64,000 nt of DNA from Desulfobulbaceae bacterium (GTDB taxonomy: Bacteria; Desulfobacterota; Desulfobulbia; Desulfobulbales; SURF-16). This document shows, in pieces, positions 47,108-55,962 of this stretch; the stretch's first letter is position 1; every line of letters begins with the position of its first letter. Below the pieces are notes generated by a model, which was given only the letters and a program-made list of their open reading frames with translations, ran no database searches and had not been told where the DNA came from. The translations under genes were made by a program, and so were the position numbers. The stretch is taken from assembly GCA_024637145.1 (NCBI GenBank), contig JAGXFQ010000009.1:4629-68628 (forward strand), in the 5' to 3' direction.

Positions 47108-48565
47108 ATGGAACTAAGCGCCTTAACTATTCATGAATCCCAGAAACTCCTGGCCACCGGTGCAACCTCCAGCGTGGCCCTGACCACCGCTTTCTTGGCG
47201 CGCATGGCCGCGGTTGAGCCCACGGTGGCGGCCTATATCACCGAAAACAGGGAGCAGGCCCTGCTCCAGGCGGCAGCGGCGGACAGCATGCGGGCCCGCG
47301 GCGCCGGCGGCCCCCTGTGCGGTATTCCCCTGGCCATCAAAGATGTTATCTGCACCAAGGGCCTGCGCACCACGGCCGGCTCCCGCATTCTGGAGAATTT
47401 CATTCCCCCCTATGATGCCACGGTCATGGTGAAACTGCAGGAGCAGGGCGCTGTCTGCCTGGGCAAGACCAGTATGGATGAGTTTGCCATGGGCTCCGGC
47501 AATGAAAACTGCGCCTTCGGCACCCCCCATAACCCCTGGAATAGGGATTATATCTGCGGCGGCTCCAGCGGCGGTTCGGCGGCTGCCGTGGCTGCCGATG
47601 AGTGTCTGGCCTCCCTGGGTTCAGATACCGGAGGCTCCATCCGCCAGCCCGCTTCCCATTGCGGCATGGTGGGGCTCAAGCCCACCTATGGCCGGGTCTC
47701 CCGTTTCGGTCTGTTGGCCTTTGCCTCTTCTCTCGATCAGATCGGGCCCATCACCAAGGATGTCACCGATGCCGCCATCATGCTCAATGCCCTTGCCGGC
47801 CATGATCCCCGCGACTCCACCTCGGCCCGGCAGGCAACCCCTGATTACACCCGCGCCCTGGTGACGGGTCTCACCGGACTCACCGTGGGGGTGCCCAGGG
47901 AGTATTTCGGCGCCGGTCTCGATCCGGAGGTGGCAGAGGTGGTCCGCCACGGCATTGACCAGCTCAAAGCGGCCGGGGCCGAGATCAAAGAGGTCTCCCT
48001 GCCCCATACCGAGTACGGGGTGGCCGCCTATTATATCATTGCCCCGGCCGAGGCCAGCTCCAACCTGGCCCGTTATGACGGCATCCGCTACGGCCGGCGC
48101 GATATGGAGGCCGATACCCTCATGGAGCTTTACAGCCGCAGCCGCTCCCAGGGCTTTGGTGAGGAGGTGAAGCGCCGTATCCTCATCGGCACCTATGCCC
48201 TCTCCTCCGGCTATTATGACGCCTATTACAAGAAGGCCTCCCAGGTGCGGACCCTGATTGTCGAGGATTATCGGCAGGCCTTCAGCCAATGCGATATCCT
48301 GGTCAGCCCGGTGACGCCTACTCCGGCCTGGAAGATCGGGGAAAAGGTCAGTGATCCGCTCAGTGTCTATCTCTCCGATCTCCTCACCATTCCCGGGAAC
48401 CTGGCCGGGGTGCCGGGCATGTCCGTGCCCTGCGGCTTCAGTTCCAGCGGCCTGCCCATCGGCCTCCAGCTCCAGGCCAGCCATTTTGATGAGGAAACCA
48501 TGCTCAGGGTGGCCTATAATCTCGAGCAGCGCCTGGATGTGGCGGGCCGCAAACCACTCTTATAA
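47108..48565 (+). CDS. gatA: Asp/Glu-tRNA amidotransferase subunit A
   Basis: Amidase signature '[13 protein letters not shown]...[14 protein letters not shown]'. Confidence 0.95.
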   Translation: MELSALTIHESQKLLATGATSSVALTTAFLARMAAVEPTVAAYITENREQALLQAAAADSMRARGAGGPLCGIPLAIKDVICTKGLRTTAGSRILENFIPPYDATVMVKLQEQGAVCLGKTSMDEFAMGSGNENCAFGTPHNPWNRDYICGGSSGGSAAAVAADECLASLGSDTGGSIRQPASHCGMVGLKPTYGRVSRFGLLAFASSLDQIGPITKDVTDAAIMLNALAGHDPRDSTSARQATPDYTRALVTGLTGLTVGVPREYFGAGLDPEVAEVVRHGIDQLKAAGAEIKEVSLPHTEYGVAAYYIIAPAEASSNLARYDGIRYGRRDMEADTLMELYSRSRSQGFGEEVKRRILIGTYALSSGYYDAYYKKASQVRTLIVEDYRQAFSQCDILVSPVTPTPAWKIGEKVSDPLSVYLSDLLTIPGNLAGVPGMSVPCGFSSSGLPIGLQLQASHFDEETMLRVAYNLEQRLDVAGRKPLL

Positions 48566-48614
48566 TCTGCAAGGCCATGGCGGCGGTCGGCTTTGGCGAA
48601 AATATGTGTGAATC

Positions 48615-49718
48615 ATGAAACTGCATGTCCGTGAAAATATAAAAAACCTGGTGCCCTATCCCCCCGGCAAACCCCTCCAGGAGCTGGAGCGCGAGTATGG
48701 GGTGGTTGGCTCCATCAAGATGGCCTCCAACGAGAATTCCCTGGGCCCTTCCCCCAAGGCCATGGCCGCCATTGCCGCCTCCCTGGGCAATCTGCACCGC
48801 TATCCGGACGGCAGTTGCTATTACCTGGCCCAGGCAGTGGCCGCCGGCCTGGGGGTGGCCCAGAAGGAACTGGTCTTTGGCAACGGCTCCAACGAGGTCA
48901 TTGATTTTCTGGTGCGGGCCTTTGTCGCCCCGGGGGATGAGGTCATCACCAGCCATCCCTCTTTTCTGGTCTATCAGACCATGGTCCAGGCCCAGAACGG
49001 GGTGAACATCGTGGTGCCCCTGAAGGATATGGGCCATGACCTGGAGGCCATCGCCGGCCTCATCACTCCCCGCACCCGCCTGATTTTTCTCGACAACCCC
49101 AACAATCCCACCGGTACCGTCTTTGCCAAGGAGACCTTTGAGAAGTTTCTGGCCCTGGTGCCGGAGACGGTGATTGTGGTGCTGGACGAGGCGTATGTGG
49201 ATTTTGTGGACCAAGAGCTGCGGCTGGATGTGCGGGACTATATCCATGGCTCCACCGCCGTGGTGGGTCTGCGCACCTTTTCCAAGGCCTACGGCATTGC
49301 CGGCCTGCGGGTGGGCTACGGCATCATGGATGGTGAGATTGCCGGCTATCTGCACCGGGTGCGCCAGCCCTTTAACGTCAACGAGCTGGCCCAGGTGGGG
49401 GCCCTGGCCTGTCTGGAGGATGACGATCATTACCAGCAGACCATGGCCATGACCAGAGAGGGCATTGCCTGGCTCAAGGCGGAAATCACCGGGCTGGGCT
49501 GCCATGTCTTTGCCACCCAGACCAATTTTTTCCTGGTGGATGTGGCTTGCAGCGGCAAGGAGCTCTATGAGCGCCTCCTGCATCTGGGGGTCATTGTCCG
49601 GCCCATGGCCGCCTATGGCTATGATTCCTATATCCGGATCACGGTGGGCACCAAGGCGGAAAACCAGCGCCTGGTCAGGGCCCTGAGCCAAAGCCTTAAG
49701 GAGATGCGTGGCCGCTAA
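48615..49718 (+). CDS. hisC: Histidinol-phosphate aminotransferase
   Basis: 'MASNENSLGPSP', 'NPNNPTG', and the PLP-Lys region 'RTFSKAYGIAGLRVGY'. Confidence 0.93.
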   Translation: MKLHVRENIKNLVPYPPGKPLQELEREYGVVGSIKMASNENSLGPSPKAMAAIAASLGNLHRYPDGSCYYLAQAVAAGLGVAQKELVFGNGSNEVIDFLVRAFVAPGDEVITSHPSFLVYQTMVQAQNGVNIVVPLKDMGHDLEAIAGLITPRTRLIFLDNPNNPTGTVFAKETFEKFLALVPETVIVVLDEAYVDFVDQELRLDVRDYIHGSTAVVGLRTFSKAYGIAGLRVGYGIMDGEIAGYLHRVRQPFNVNELAQVGALACLEDDDHYQQTMAMTREGIAWLKAEITGLGCHVFATQTNFFLVDVACSGKELYERLLHLGVIVRPMAAYGYDSYIRITVGTKAENQRLVRALSQSLKEMRGR

Positions 49719-50376
49719 CAGGGAGACCATTATCACCATTGACGGCCCCTCAGGGGGCGGCAAATCAACAGTGAGCCGCATGGTGGCCGCTGAACTGGGC
49801 TATGCCTATCTGGATACCGGCGCCATGTACCGGGCCGTGGGGCTGCAGGCCCAGCGACTCGGCGTTGATCTGGCCGATGAAAAGCAGGTGAAAGCGATGT
49901 TGGCTGAGCTTGATCTGCGGCTGGAGCCGGCAAACGGCGATACCCGGGTGCTTTTGGGGGGGGAGGATGTCAGTGCTACTATCCGCAGTGCGGAGATGGG
50001 CATGGTGGCCTCTGCCATTTCGGCTCTGCCCCTGGTGCGTCAGAAACTGACCCAGCTCCAGCAGCAGATCGGCGCCCGGGGCCGGGTGGTTGCCGAGGGC
50101 CGTGATATGGGCACCGTGGTCTTTCCCCAGGCCAGGCACAAGTTTTTTCTTGATGCCTCGCCTGAGGAGAGGGCCCTGCGCCGGGTTGCCCAGCTCCGGG
50201 AGCAGGGGGAGGAGGCCGCCTATGAGGTCATCCTGGCCCAGATCATCAAACGCGACCACGATGATTCCACCCGGGCCGCAGCCCCTCTCAGGCCTGCTGA
50301 TGACGCCGTTCTGGTGGATTCGTCCCGGCTGAATGCCCGGGAAGTGACGCGTTTTATTATGGGCAGCTTGCAATAA
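49708..50376 (+). CDS. cmk: Cytidylate kinase
   Basis: 'ITIDGPSGGGKSTVSR' P-loop and 'YLDTGAMYRA'. The GTG start overlaps the hisC stop by 11 nt. Confidence 0.93.
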   Translation: MAANRETIITIDGPSGGGKSTVSRMVAAELGYAYLDTGAMYRAVGLQAQRLGVDLADEKQVKAMLAELDLRLEPANGDTRVLLGGEDVSATIRSAEMGMVASAISALPLVRQKLTQLQQQIGARGRVVAEGRDMGTVVFPQARHKFFLDASPEERALRRVAQLREQGEEAAYEVILAQIIKRDHDDSTRAAAPLRPADDAVLVDSSRLNAREVTRFIMGSLQ

Positions 50377-50473
50377 AAGGCATTGCAGCCCATTATAAGG
50401 CGACACCTCCCTGGCCGGCAGAGAGAGTTCTTGGCAGGCGGCAGGGCGGTTATCTTTTTAAAGGAGATCTTCT

Positions 50474-50821
50474 ATGGATGGGGAAGCGCGGATCACGAAA
50501 CGGCGGCAGCTCTTTTATTACCTGAAGCTCTATGACCTGACCACGGGTGAGCAGGTGGGTAATGTGGTGGATATCACCACCCAGGGCTGTAAGATCATCA
50601 GCAAGGAGCCGCTGCCCACCGGCCAGTCCATGGCCCTGCGCCTGGATCTTCCCGAAGGGCTTTCTTCCTTAAAGAACATCGTCCTGCAAGGCAAGACCCT
50701 CTGGTCGCGTCCTGATGTCAACCCCGACTTCTATGTCACCGGTTTTGAGGTGGCAAAACTTGGCACAAAGGAACGCCAGGTTATCGGCCGGCTCATTGAG
50801 CAGACCGCCTTTAATGACTAA
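50474..50821 (+). CDS. PilZ-domain protein
   Basis: 'RRQLFYY' (RxxxR-like) and 'DITTQGCKI' (D/NxSxxG-like) motifs in a 115-aa single-domain protein. Confidence 0.7.
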   Translation: MDGEARITKRRQLFYYLKLYDLTTGEQVGNVVDITTQGCKIISKEPLPTGQSMALRLDLPEGLSSLKNIVLQGKTLWSRPDVNPDFYVTGFEVAKLGTKERQVIGRLIEQTAFND

Positions 50822-51036
50822 ATGCAGAACTCAGAACTCAGTAGTCAGAAATAAGAATAAACAGCCACCTGCTGCATTCTGATTTGTGATTTGTGATTAC
50901 CAGTCAAACTCACCAGTCAGGAATTTGTGGCATCATGTTGCCTAAGCGGCTGGCTCCTACGGCAACTTCTCGGAAAGTTGGCTGATGTTCGTTGGTAATC
51001 ACATTCTGATTTCTTATTTCTGACTCCTTAATTCTG
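50822..51036. repeat. MITE-like palindromic element filling the pilZ/rdgB convergent spacer
   Basis: Nested inverted repeats: GCAGAA/TTCTGC (outer), GTCAGAAATAAGAA (50844-57) / TTCTTATTTCTGAC (51011-24), and TGTGATTACC (50892-901) / GGTAATCACA (50994-51003). Confidence 0.75.
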
Positions 51037-51041
51037 CCTTT

Positions 51042-51734
51042 TTATTTCACCATATAGGGCTCTGACCAGTCATTATGCTCAAACTCCTTATGGTCTGGTT
51101 TGGGTGCTTTGCCTTCCTGCTGGCGCTGCTCCAGCCATTTGAGAATCTTGGGCATTTCCTCAGCCACCTCGGCCAGGGCCTGGCCCCGGTGGCTGACCTT
51201 GTTTTTTTCGGCCATGGTTGCTTCGGCAAAGGTCTTGCCCAAGGGGGGATAATAAAAAACAGGGTCATAGCCGAAACCGCTTTCCCCCTGGGGTGTGCTG
51301 CTGATTTCCCCCTGGCAGCGGCCTTCATAGGTGAGGGAGGGGCCGGCGGGAACGGCAATGGCGATGACGCACTCAAAGGCGGCCTGCCGGTTGCTGACAC
51401 CCTCCATCTCGGCCAGGAGCTTGGCGATGTTCTCCGCATCCGTGGCCTGGTCGCCGGCATAGCGGGCGGAATGGACACCCGGCCGGCCGCCTAAGGCCTC
51501 CACGCTGAGGCCGGAATCGTCGGAGATGGCCGGCAGACCAAGGACCTTGGCGGTAAAGAGGGCCTTTTTGTAGGCATTATCATCAAAGGTCTCGCCATCT
51601 TCAATGGCCTCGGGAACGGGGCCGAAGTCAGCCAGACTCTTCAGTTCCACCGGATATCCCTTCAGGATTTCCTGAAATTCCTTTATTTTCCCTTTATTGC
51701 GGGTGGCTAGAACGATAATGGTGGGTGTGCTCAT
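51042..51734 (-). CDS. rdgB: RdgB/HAM1-family non-canonical purine NTP pyrophosphatase
   Basis: 'IIVLATRNKGKIKEF', 'FGYDPVFYYP' and 'MAEKNKVSHRGQA'. The start is taken at the internal ATG (MSTPTII...). It has a roughly 35-aa C-terminal extension. Confidence 0.88.
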   Translation of the reverse strand: MSTPTIIVLATRNKGKIKEFQEILKGYPVELKSLADFGPVPEAIEDGETFDDNAYKKALFTAKVLGLPAISDDSGLSVEALGGRPGVHSARYAGDQATDAENIAKLLAEMEGVSNRQAAFECVIAIAVPAGPSLTYEGRCQGEISSTPQGESGFGYDPVFYYPPLGKTFAEATMAEKNKVSHRGQALAEVAEEMPKILKWLEQRQQEGKAPKPDHKEFEHNDWSEPYMVK

Positions 51735-51905
51735 GGCGCGGCTCCGGATAGTGCCCTGGTGGCAATGGTCAGTAAAGCCAGGTGCCGAGCAAGGGGGGGA
51801 AGAGCAGGGCTTGATCGGCACCGTGGCGAGGCTATTAAAGTGTTTGCGGAAATAGTAATTGTACCCGGCACAACAAAAGAGGCAAGGGAAAGTTGCCGGC
51901 CCGGC

Positions 51906-53231
51906 TCAGGCCGGCTTGGTCTTTCTGATCTTGTCGCCCTTCATGTCGTCTTTGAAGAGGGAATAGCCCCTTTCCATGGCGCAGAAATCGCCGCACATGG
52001 TGCAGGTGTCGCTGTTTTCCGGGCTGCGGCCGCTACGCACTTCGCGGGCCTTCTCCGGGAACATGAGCAGGTCAAAATGGTCATCCCAGGCCATGTCGCG
52101 CCGGGCCAGGGCCACCTGCTTTTCGCGCTCCCGGCGCTGGGGATATTTGGCGATATCGCCGATGTGGGCGGCCAGGCGGGTGGCGCGGATGCCCTCCCGG
52201 ACATCGTTTTCGGTGGGCAGGGCCAGATGCTCGGCCGGGGTGATGTAGCAGATCAGGTCGGCGCCGTGGCGGGCCGCGCTGGCCGCGCCGATGGCGGCTG
52301 TGATGTGGTCATAGCCGGCCCCGCAGTCGGCGGGCAGGGGACCCAGCACATAATAGGGGGCATTGCCGCTCATCCTTTTTTCCAGCATGATGTTGCCGGC
52401 GATCTCGTCCAGGGGCACATGGCCCGGCCCTTCCACCATCATCTGGCAGCCCATTTCCCGGCCCAGCTCGGCCAGTTCGCAGTTGATGATCATCTCGGCC
52501 ATCTGGGCCCGGTCGTGGCTGTCATGGATGGCCCCGGCCCGGATGCCGTTGCCCAGGGAGAGAACCGCATCATATTTCTTCATCAGGGCGCAGACCCGGT
52601 CAAACTGCTCATAGAGGGGGTTTTCCCTGTTGTTGTACTCCATCCAGGAGACCATGAAGGTGCCGCCCTTGGAGACCAGGCCGCCGTAGCGGTAGCCTTG
52701 TTTGCGCAGGCGTTCGATGGAGAAGCGGTTGATGCCGCAATGGATGGCCATAAACGACAGGCCGTCCGCCAGCTGCTTCTCAATGAGGTCAAAGAGGAAT
52801 TCAGGGTCCAGCAGATTGGGGTTTTTGTGTGTGCGGGAGTAGTGGTTAAAGGCCTGGTAGAGGGGGACATTGCCCACCGGCAGGCTGCAGCACTCAAGGA
52901 TCTGCCTACGGATCAGGTCAAGATCGCCGCCGGTGGACAGTTCCATGAGGGTGTCGGCGCCTTCCTCTTCGGCAATGCGGGCCTTGCGTTTTTCCAGCTC
53001 AATATCATGGATATCGGAGGAGGTGCCGATGGAGGCATTGACCTTGGTGCGCAGGCCCATGCCGATGCCCACCACCTTCTGGAGGGGACGGGCGGGGTTG
53101 TTGGGGATGACCACCTCGCCGAAGGCCACCTTGCGGCGGATCTCCTCCGGGCTGAAGCCCTCATCTTTGGCGACGCTGATCATCTGGGGGGTGGTTTCGC
53201 CGGCCTGGGCGAGTTCTAACTGGGTTTTCAT
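51906..53231 (-). CDS. ThiC-family radical-SAM enzyme; riboswitch context favours BzaF (5-hydroxybenzimidazole synthase) over ThiC
   Basis: Strong ThiC-family sequence ('TQMISVAKDEG', 'GPGHVPLDEI', C-terminal Fe-S motif 'CTMCGDFC'). The start is taken at ATG 53231 (MKTQLELAQAG...). A cobalamin riboswitch lies upstream. Confidence 0.85.
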   Translation of the reverse strand: MKTQLELAQAGETTPQMISVAKDEGFSPEEIRRKVAFGEVVIPNNPARPLQKVVGIGMGLRTKVNASIGTSSDIHDIELEKRKARIAEEEGADTLMELSTGGDLDLIRRQILECCSLPVGNVPLYQAFNHYSRTHKNPNLLDPEFLFDLIEKQLADGLSFMAIHCGINRFSIERLRKQGYRYGGLVSKGGTFMVSWMEYNNRENPLYEQFDRVCALMKKYDAVLSLGNGIRAGAIHDSHDRAQMAEMIINCELAELGREMGCQMMVEGPGHVPLDEIAGNIMLEKRMSGNAPYYVLGPLPADCGAGYDHITAAIGAASAARHGADLICYITPAEHLALPTENDVREGIRATRLAAHIGDIAKYPQRREREKQVALARRDMAWDDHFDLLMFPEKAREVRSGRSPENSDTCTMCGDFCAMERGYSLFKDDMKGDKIRKTKPA

Positions 53232-53330
53232 GGCTGTTCTCCAGGCCGCTTTACAAAAGCGGCTCGTACCTGGGCATTGCTGCCAGGCAGGCTTAGGGGA
53301 TGGCTGGGATGCCTGTGGAGCAGCAGGCAT

Positions 53331-53366
53331 AAAAAAATCCGCACAGGAACAGCTTCCCATGCGGAT
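53331..53366 (-). terminator. Intrinsic terminator forming the likely expression platform of the upstream riboswitch
   Basis: Minus-strand RNA forms an AUCCGCA-UGGGAAGCUGUUCCUG-UGCGGAU hairpin followed by U7, about 100 nt upstream of the ThiC-family start codon. A second ATCCGCA copy at about 53421-53428 could form an alternative pairing. Confidence 0.6.
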
Positions 53367-53429
53367 TGATACGGACAGATCTTTCCGAAGTACTAGGTAA
53401 ACCAGGGCAGGTCTTCTGACTTGCGGATC

Positions 53430-53570
53430 ATTCCGGCCCAGCACGCCTTCCCATCATAGACCATGACAGTGACATCTTGGCTGGCCAGTTCCCGCTTACA
53501 GCGTCGGCCCAACGTTACGGATTTACACCGTATTCCCTTTTCAGCGCCCTCTGCAACCGCCGCAAAAAAA
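53430..53570 (-). promoter_or_regulatory. Cobalamin (B12) riboswitch
   Basis: The minus strand reads ...GGTTGCAGAGGGCGCTGAAAAGGGAATACGGTGTAAATCCGTAAC..GGGCCGACGCTGTAAGCGG...GTCACTG...GGGAAGGCG. This covers the conserved AGGGAA / GGUG-AAAUCC / ACUGUAA / B12-box (GCCACUG-like) / GGGAAGGC core blocks in the correct order. Confidence 0.8.
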
Positions 53571-53782
53571 CAGCCGGCAGGCAAGGCGCCACCCTGGTTT
53601 GGTATTGTCGAGGCGGCCATCATACCTGGGCTGGCTGCAAAAAAACAAGGAAAATTGCTAATCGTCAACAGGCTGGCCCTGGAGCAGGGGTCTGAAAAGA
53701 GGGAAAAAGGACAAAGATTTATGGGGTTGCAGAGGGCAAAGAAAAAAAATCAGGCCAGCCCCCAGCGGGTAATCCTTCCTCT

Positions 53783-53814
53783 CCAGACCACCACCACATG
53801 TGGTGGTGGTCTGG
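53783..53814. repeat. Perfect 32-nt palindrome
   Basis: CCAGACCACCACCACA|TGTGGTGGTGGTCTGG. No flanking T or A run, so it does not look like a terminator. Confidence 0.9.
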
Positions 53815-53985
53815 GTTGTCTACGGTGCCCAAAAGCCCCGGTCGCCTCCTGCTAAACCATTATAATCCCAGTAAAAGTAGAAAAAACCCTTTAAGTATGG
53901 TATAAAATTTTTTACTGAAAGGGGAGTAGGTTGGAAAGAGGATTTTTTTCAGTACACATAACTCAAACCGTAATGGGGGGGAAAT

Positions 53986-54294
53986 ATGAAGTGGCGTCTA
54001 GCTCTAGGAGCAGCATTGTCAATCGCGATGCTCTCTACCTCAGCAATGGCTGATGAGGGCGCGACCATGTTCAAGCAGAAATGCGGAGCATGTCACGTCA
54101 AGGGAGGACAGGCAATGCCTGTTAATCCTGCCGATAAGGCGGCAATTGTCTGGAATAAGTTTTTCACGAGGGGTCGCCATAATGTGGACTTCTCGGCGAC
54201 AATCAGCGGTCCGGATCTGCAGCTCATCGTGCAATACTTACAAGACCACGCAGCAGACAGCGACCAGCCTGCGGTAGCAGTCATTCCTAAGTAA
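53986..54294 (+). CDS. Monohaem class-I-like cytochrome c (secreted)
   Basis: Signal peptide 'MKWRLALGAALSIAMLSTSAMA' and a single 'CGACH' haem-binding motif. Confidence 0.85.
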   Translation: MKWRLALGAALSIAMLSTSAMADEGATMFKQKCGACHVKGGQAMPVNPADKAAIVWNKFFTRGRHNVDFSATISGPDLQLIVQYLQDHAADSDQPAVAVIPK

Positions 54295-54308
54295 AAGGAG
54301 GAGGAGAG

Positions 54309-55844
54309 ATGAAAAAAGTTTTATTGACCGCAGGCGCTTTTATGCTTTGGACAGGGACTGTCTGTGCCGCGGATATGGTTCGCATCCCAGCTGATGATTA
54401 CCGGGCGATTATAAAAAGCCTTGAGGTCCTTCAGCAGCGGGTTGTCGAGCTGGAATCGCAAAAAGAGACGGCTCCGGCCGCCAGACCAGCCCCCCGTCCG
54501 GCAGCGCCCATGGCGGCTGCCGATGGTGAAAGACTTGACCAGATGGCGGATGACATCAATAACATCTATGACACCCTGGACCAGGTGGAAACCAAGACCC
54601 TCAAGGACAGGATAAACCTGGGTGCCGAGTATCGCCTTCGCTATGATTCCTACACGTATGAGGATCTGCGGGTCACAGATTATGCGGCCGGGACTCCCCC
54701 CAAGGTGTATAGCAAGATCAACGATGATAATAATTTCACCAACCGCTTCCGCATCAACATGGATGCCAATATCTCCAAGTCCCTGAAGTTTCATGCCCGC
54801 TTGGCCGCTTACCACGCCTGGGGCGATCATGATCAGCATCAATTAGCGAGTTTCTATAACGACGGCAATGCCGCCCATGCCTTGGGCGACAACGGCCTGA
54901 AGATCGATCGTTTCTATATCGACTGGATTCCCCAGGGCTTCCCCATACCCCTGGCCATCACCGTTGGCCGCCACCCCTCCTCAGAGGGACCGCCCGTGGA
55001 GTTCAAGGAGAACCGGACCCGCCAGGCCACCTACCCCTCCCTCATCTTTGACGGCGAGGCAGACGGTATCGTGGCCACTGTCGGTCTGCAGCGCTATATC
55101 GGTCTGAAGGATGCCGGTCTGCGCCTGGCCTATGGCAAGGTCTACCGCTCCGACATGAACACTACCGATTTTGGCTGGCTGGATAATGAGGAGACCGAGG
55201 ATTCTGATATCTTTGCCGCCTTTTTGGAGGGCCAGATTCCCATGATCAGCAACAGCCTCATGGTCTTTTCCTACGCCCATGTCTGGGACATGCCGGCCAG
55301 TCTGGTGGATGGCACTCCCATGGATGGCCTGGTGCTGGGTGATTTTGACCTCTACGGCGCCCATTTTCAGGTCGCTGATCTCGCCAACTCCGGTCTTGAT
55401 CTCTACGTCTCCGGCTCCATCAACGAGACCGATCCCAATGACGATCCCCTTAATGTTGCTTATGGAACTGGTCTGTTGACCGACGGTGATGATGAGAGCC
55501 ATACCGGCTGGGCCGTTGTCGCTGGTGCGCGCTATACCCTGCCCATCAAGGCCCTCAACAACCCCAAAGTCGGTTTCGAGTATAACCATGGCAGCAAGTA
55601 TCATTTCACCATGACCCTGGGCACCAACGAGCTCTACAACAAGTTCGCAGTGCGCGGTGATGCCTATGAGCTCTACTATATCCAGCCCATGAACAGGTAT
55701 CTCTTCTTCCGGGCCGGTATTACCCATGTGGAGTATGACTACACCGGTTCCGGCCAGCCCGCCTGGGAACCAAAAAGCCTTGACAGGTTTGGTCTGGATA
55801 CCACCATGGACAATGCCTATTTGTTGATGGACGTCCGTTTCTAA
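54309..55844 (+). CDS. Outer-membrane beta-barrel protein with N-terminal coiled-coil (possibly DUF3373 family)
   Basis: Signal peptide 'MKKVLLTAGAFMLWTGTVCA', a coiled-coil segment, alternating beta-strand pattern, and a C-terminal aromatic residue '...LLMDVRF'. Strong RBS 'aaggaggagg', 14 nt after the cytochrome c gene. Confidence 0.65.
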   Translation: MKKVLLTAGAFMLWTGTVCAADMVRIPADDYRAIIKSLEVLQQRVVELESQKETAPAARPAPRPAAPMAAADGERLDQMADDINNIYDTLDQVETKTLKDRINLGAEYRLRYDSYTYEDLRVTDYAAGTPPKVYSKINDDNNFTNRFRINMDANISKSLKFHARLAAYHAWGDHDQHQLASFYNDGNAAHALGDNGLKIDRFYIDWIPQGFPIPLAITVGRHPSSEGPPVEFKENRTRQATYPSLIFDGEADGIVATVGLQRYIGLKDAGLRLAYGKVYRSDMNTTDFGWLDNEETEDSDIFAAFLEGQIPMISNSLMVFSYAHVWDMPASLVDGTPMDGLVLGDFDLYGAHFQVADLANSGLDLYVSGSINETDPNDDPLNVAYGTGLLTDGDDESHTGWAVVAGARYTLPIKALNNPKVGFEYNHGSKYHFTMTLGTNELYNKFAVRGDAYELYYIQPMNRYLFFRAGITHVEYDYTGSGQPAWEPKSLDRFGLDTTMDNAYLLMDVRF

Positions 55845-55869
55845 CAGGCAGGTTTTTTTAGTTTTGTTT

Positions 55870-55918
55870 AAAAAAAAGGGCCGGCGCAGCGTTTAAGCTG
55901 CGCCGGCCCTTTTTTTTT
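55870..55918. terminator. Bidirectional intrinsic terminator
   Basis: A8 - GGGCCGGCGCAGC / GCTGCGCCGGCCC 13-bp stem - T9, between convergent genes. Confidence 0.85.
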
Positions 55919-55962
55919 GCCGCCGTCCCCCTGCACCTCAGAGCAACGGCCCGGGTTGTCGG

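Noticed and set aside
48504-49781. 425-aa minus-strand ORF.
   Set aside because: It is antisense to hisC/cmk, both of which carry clear family signatures.
51759-53219. 486-aa plus-strand ORF.
   Set aside because: It is antisense to the ThiC-family gene and has a G/A/H/D-rich low-complexity translation.
53232-53444. N-terminal extension of the ThiC-family ORF (track start 53444), and likewise 51735..51821 for rdgB.
   Set aside because: The extensions run through the riboswitch terminator or leader and lack family similarity. The internal ATGs give canonical N-termini.
53232-53600. Expected a TPP (THI-box) riboswitch upstream of the thiC-like gene.
   Set aside because: I searched both the 100-nt leader and the region upstream of the terminator for the CUGAGA / ACCUGAUCUGGAUAAUGCCAGCG core and found none. 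The conserved blocks present are those of the cobalamin riboswitch.
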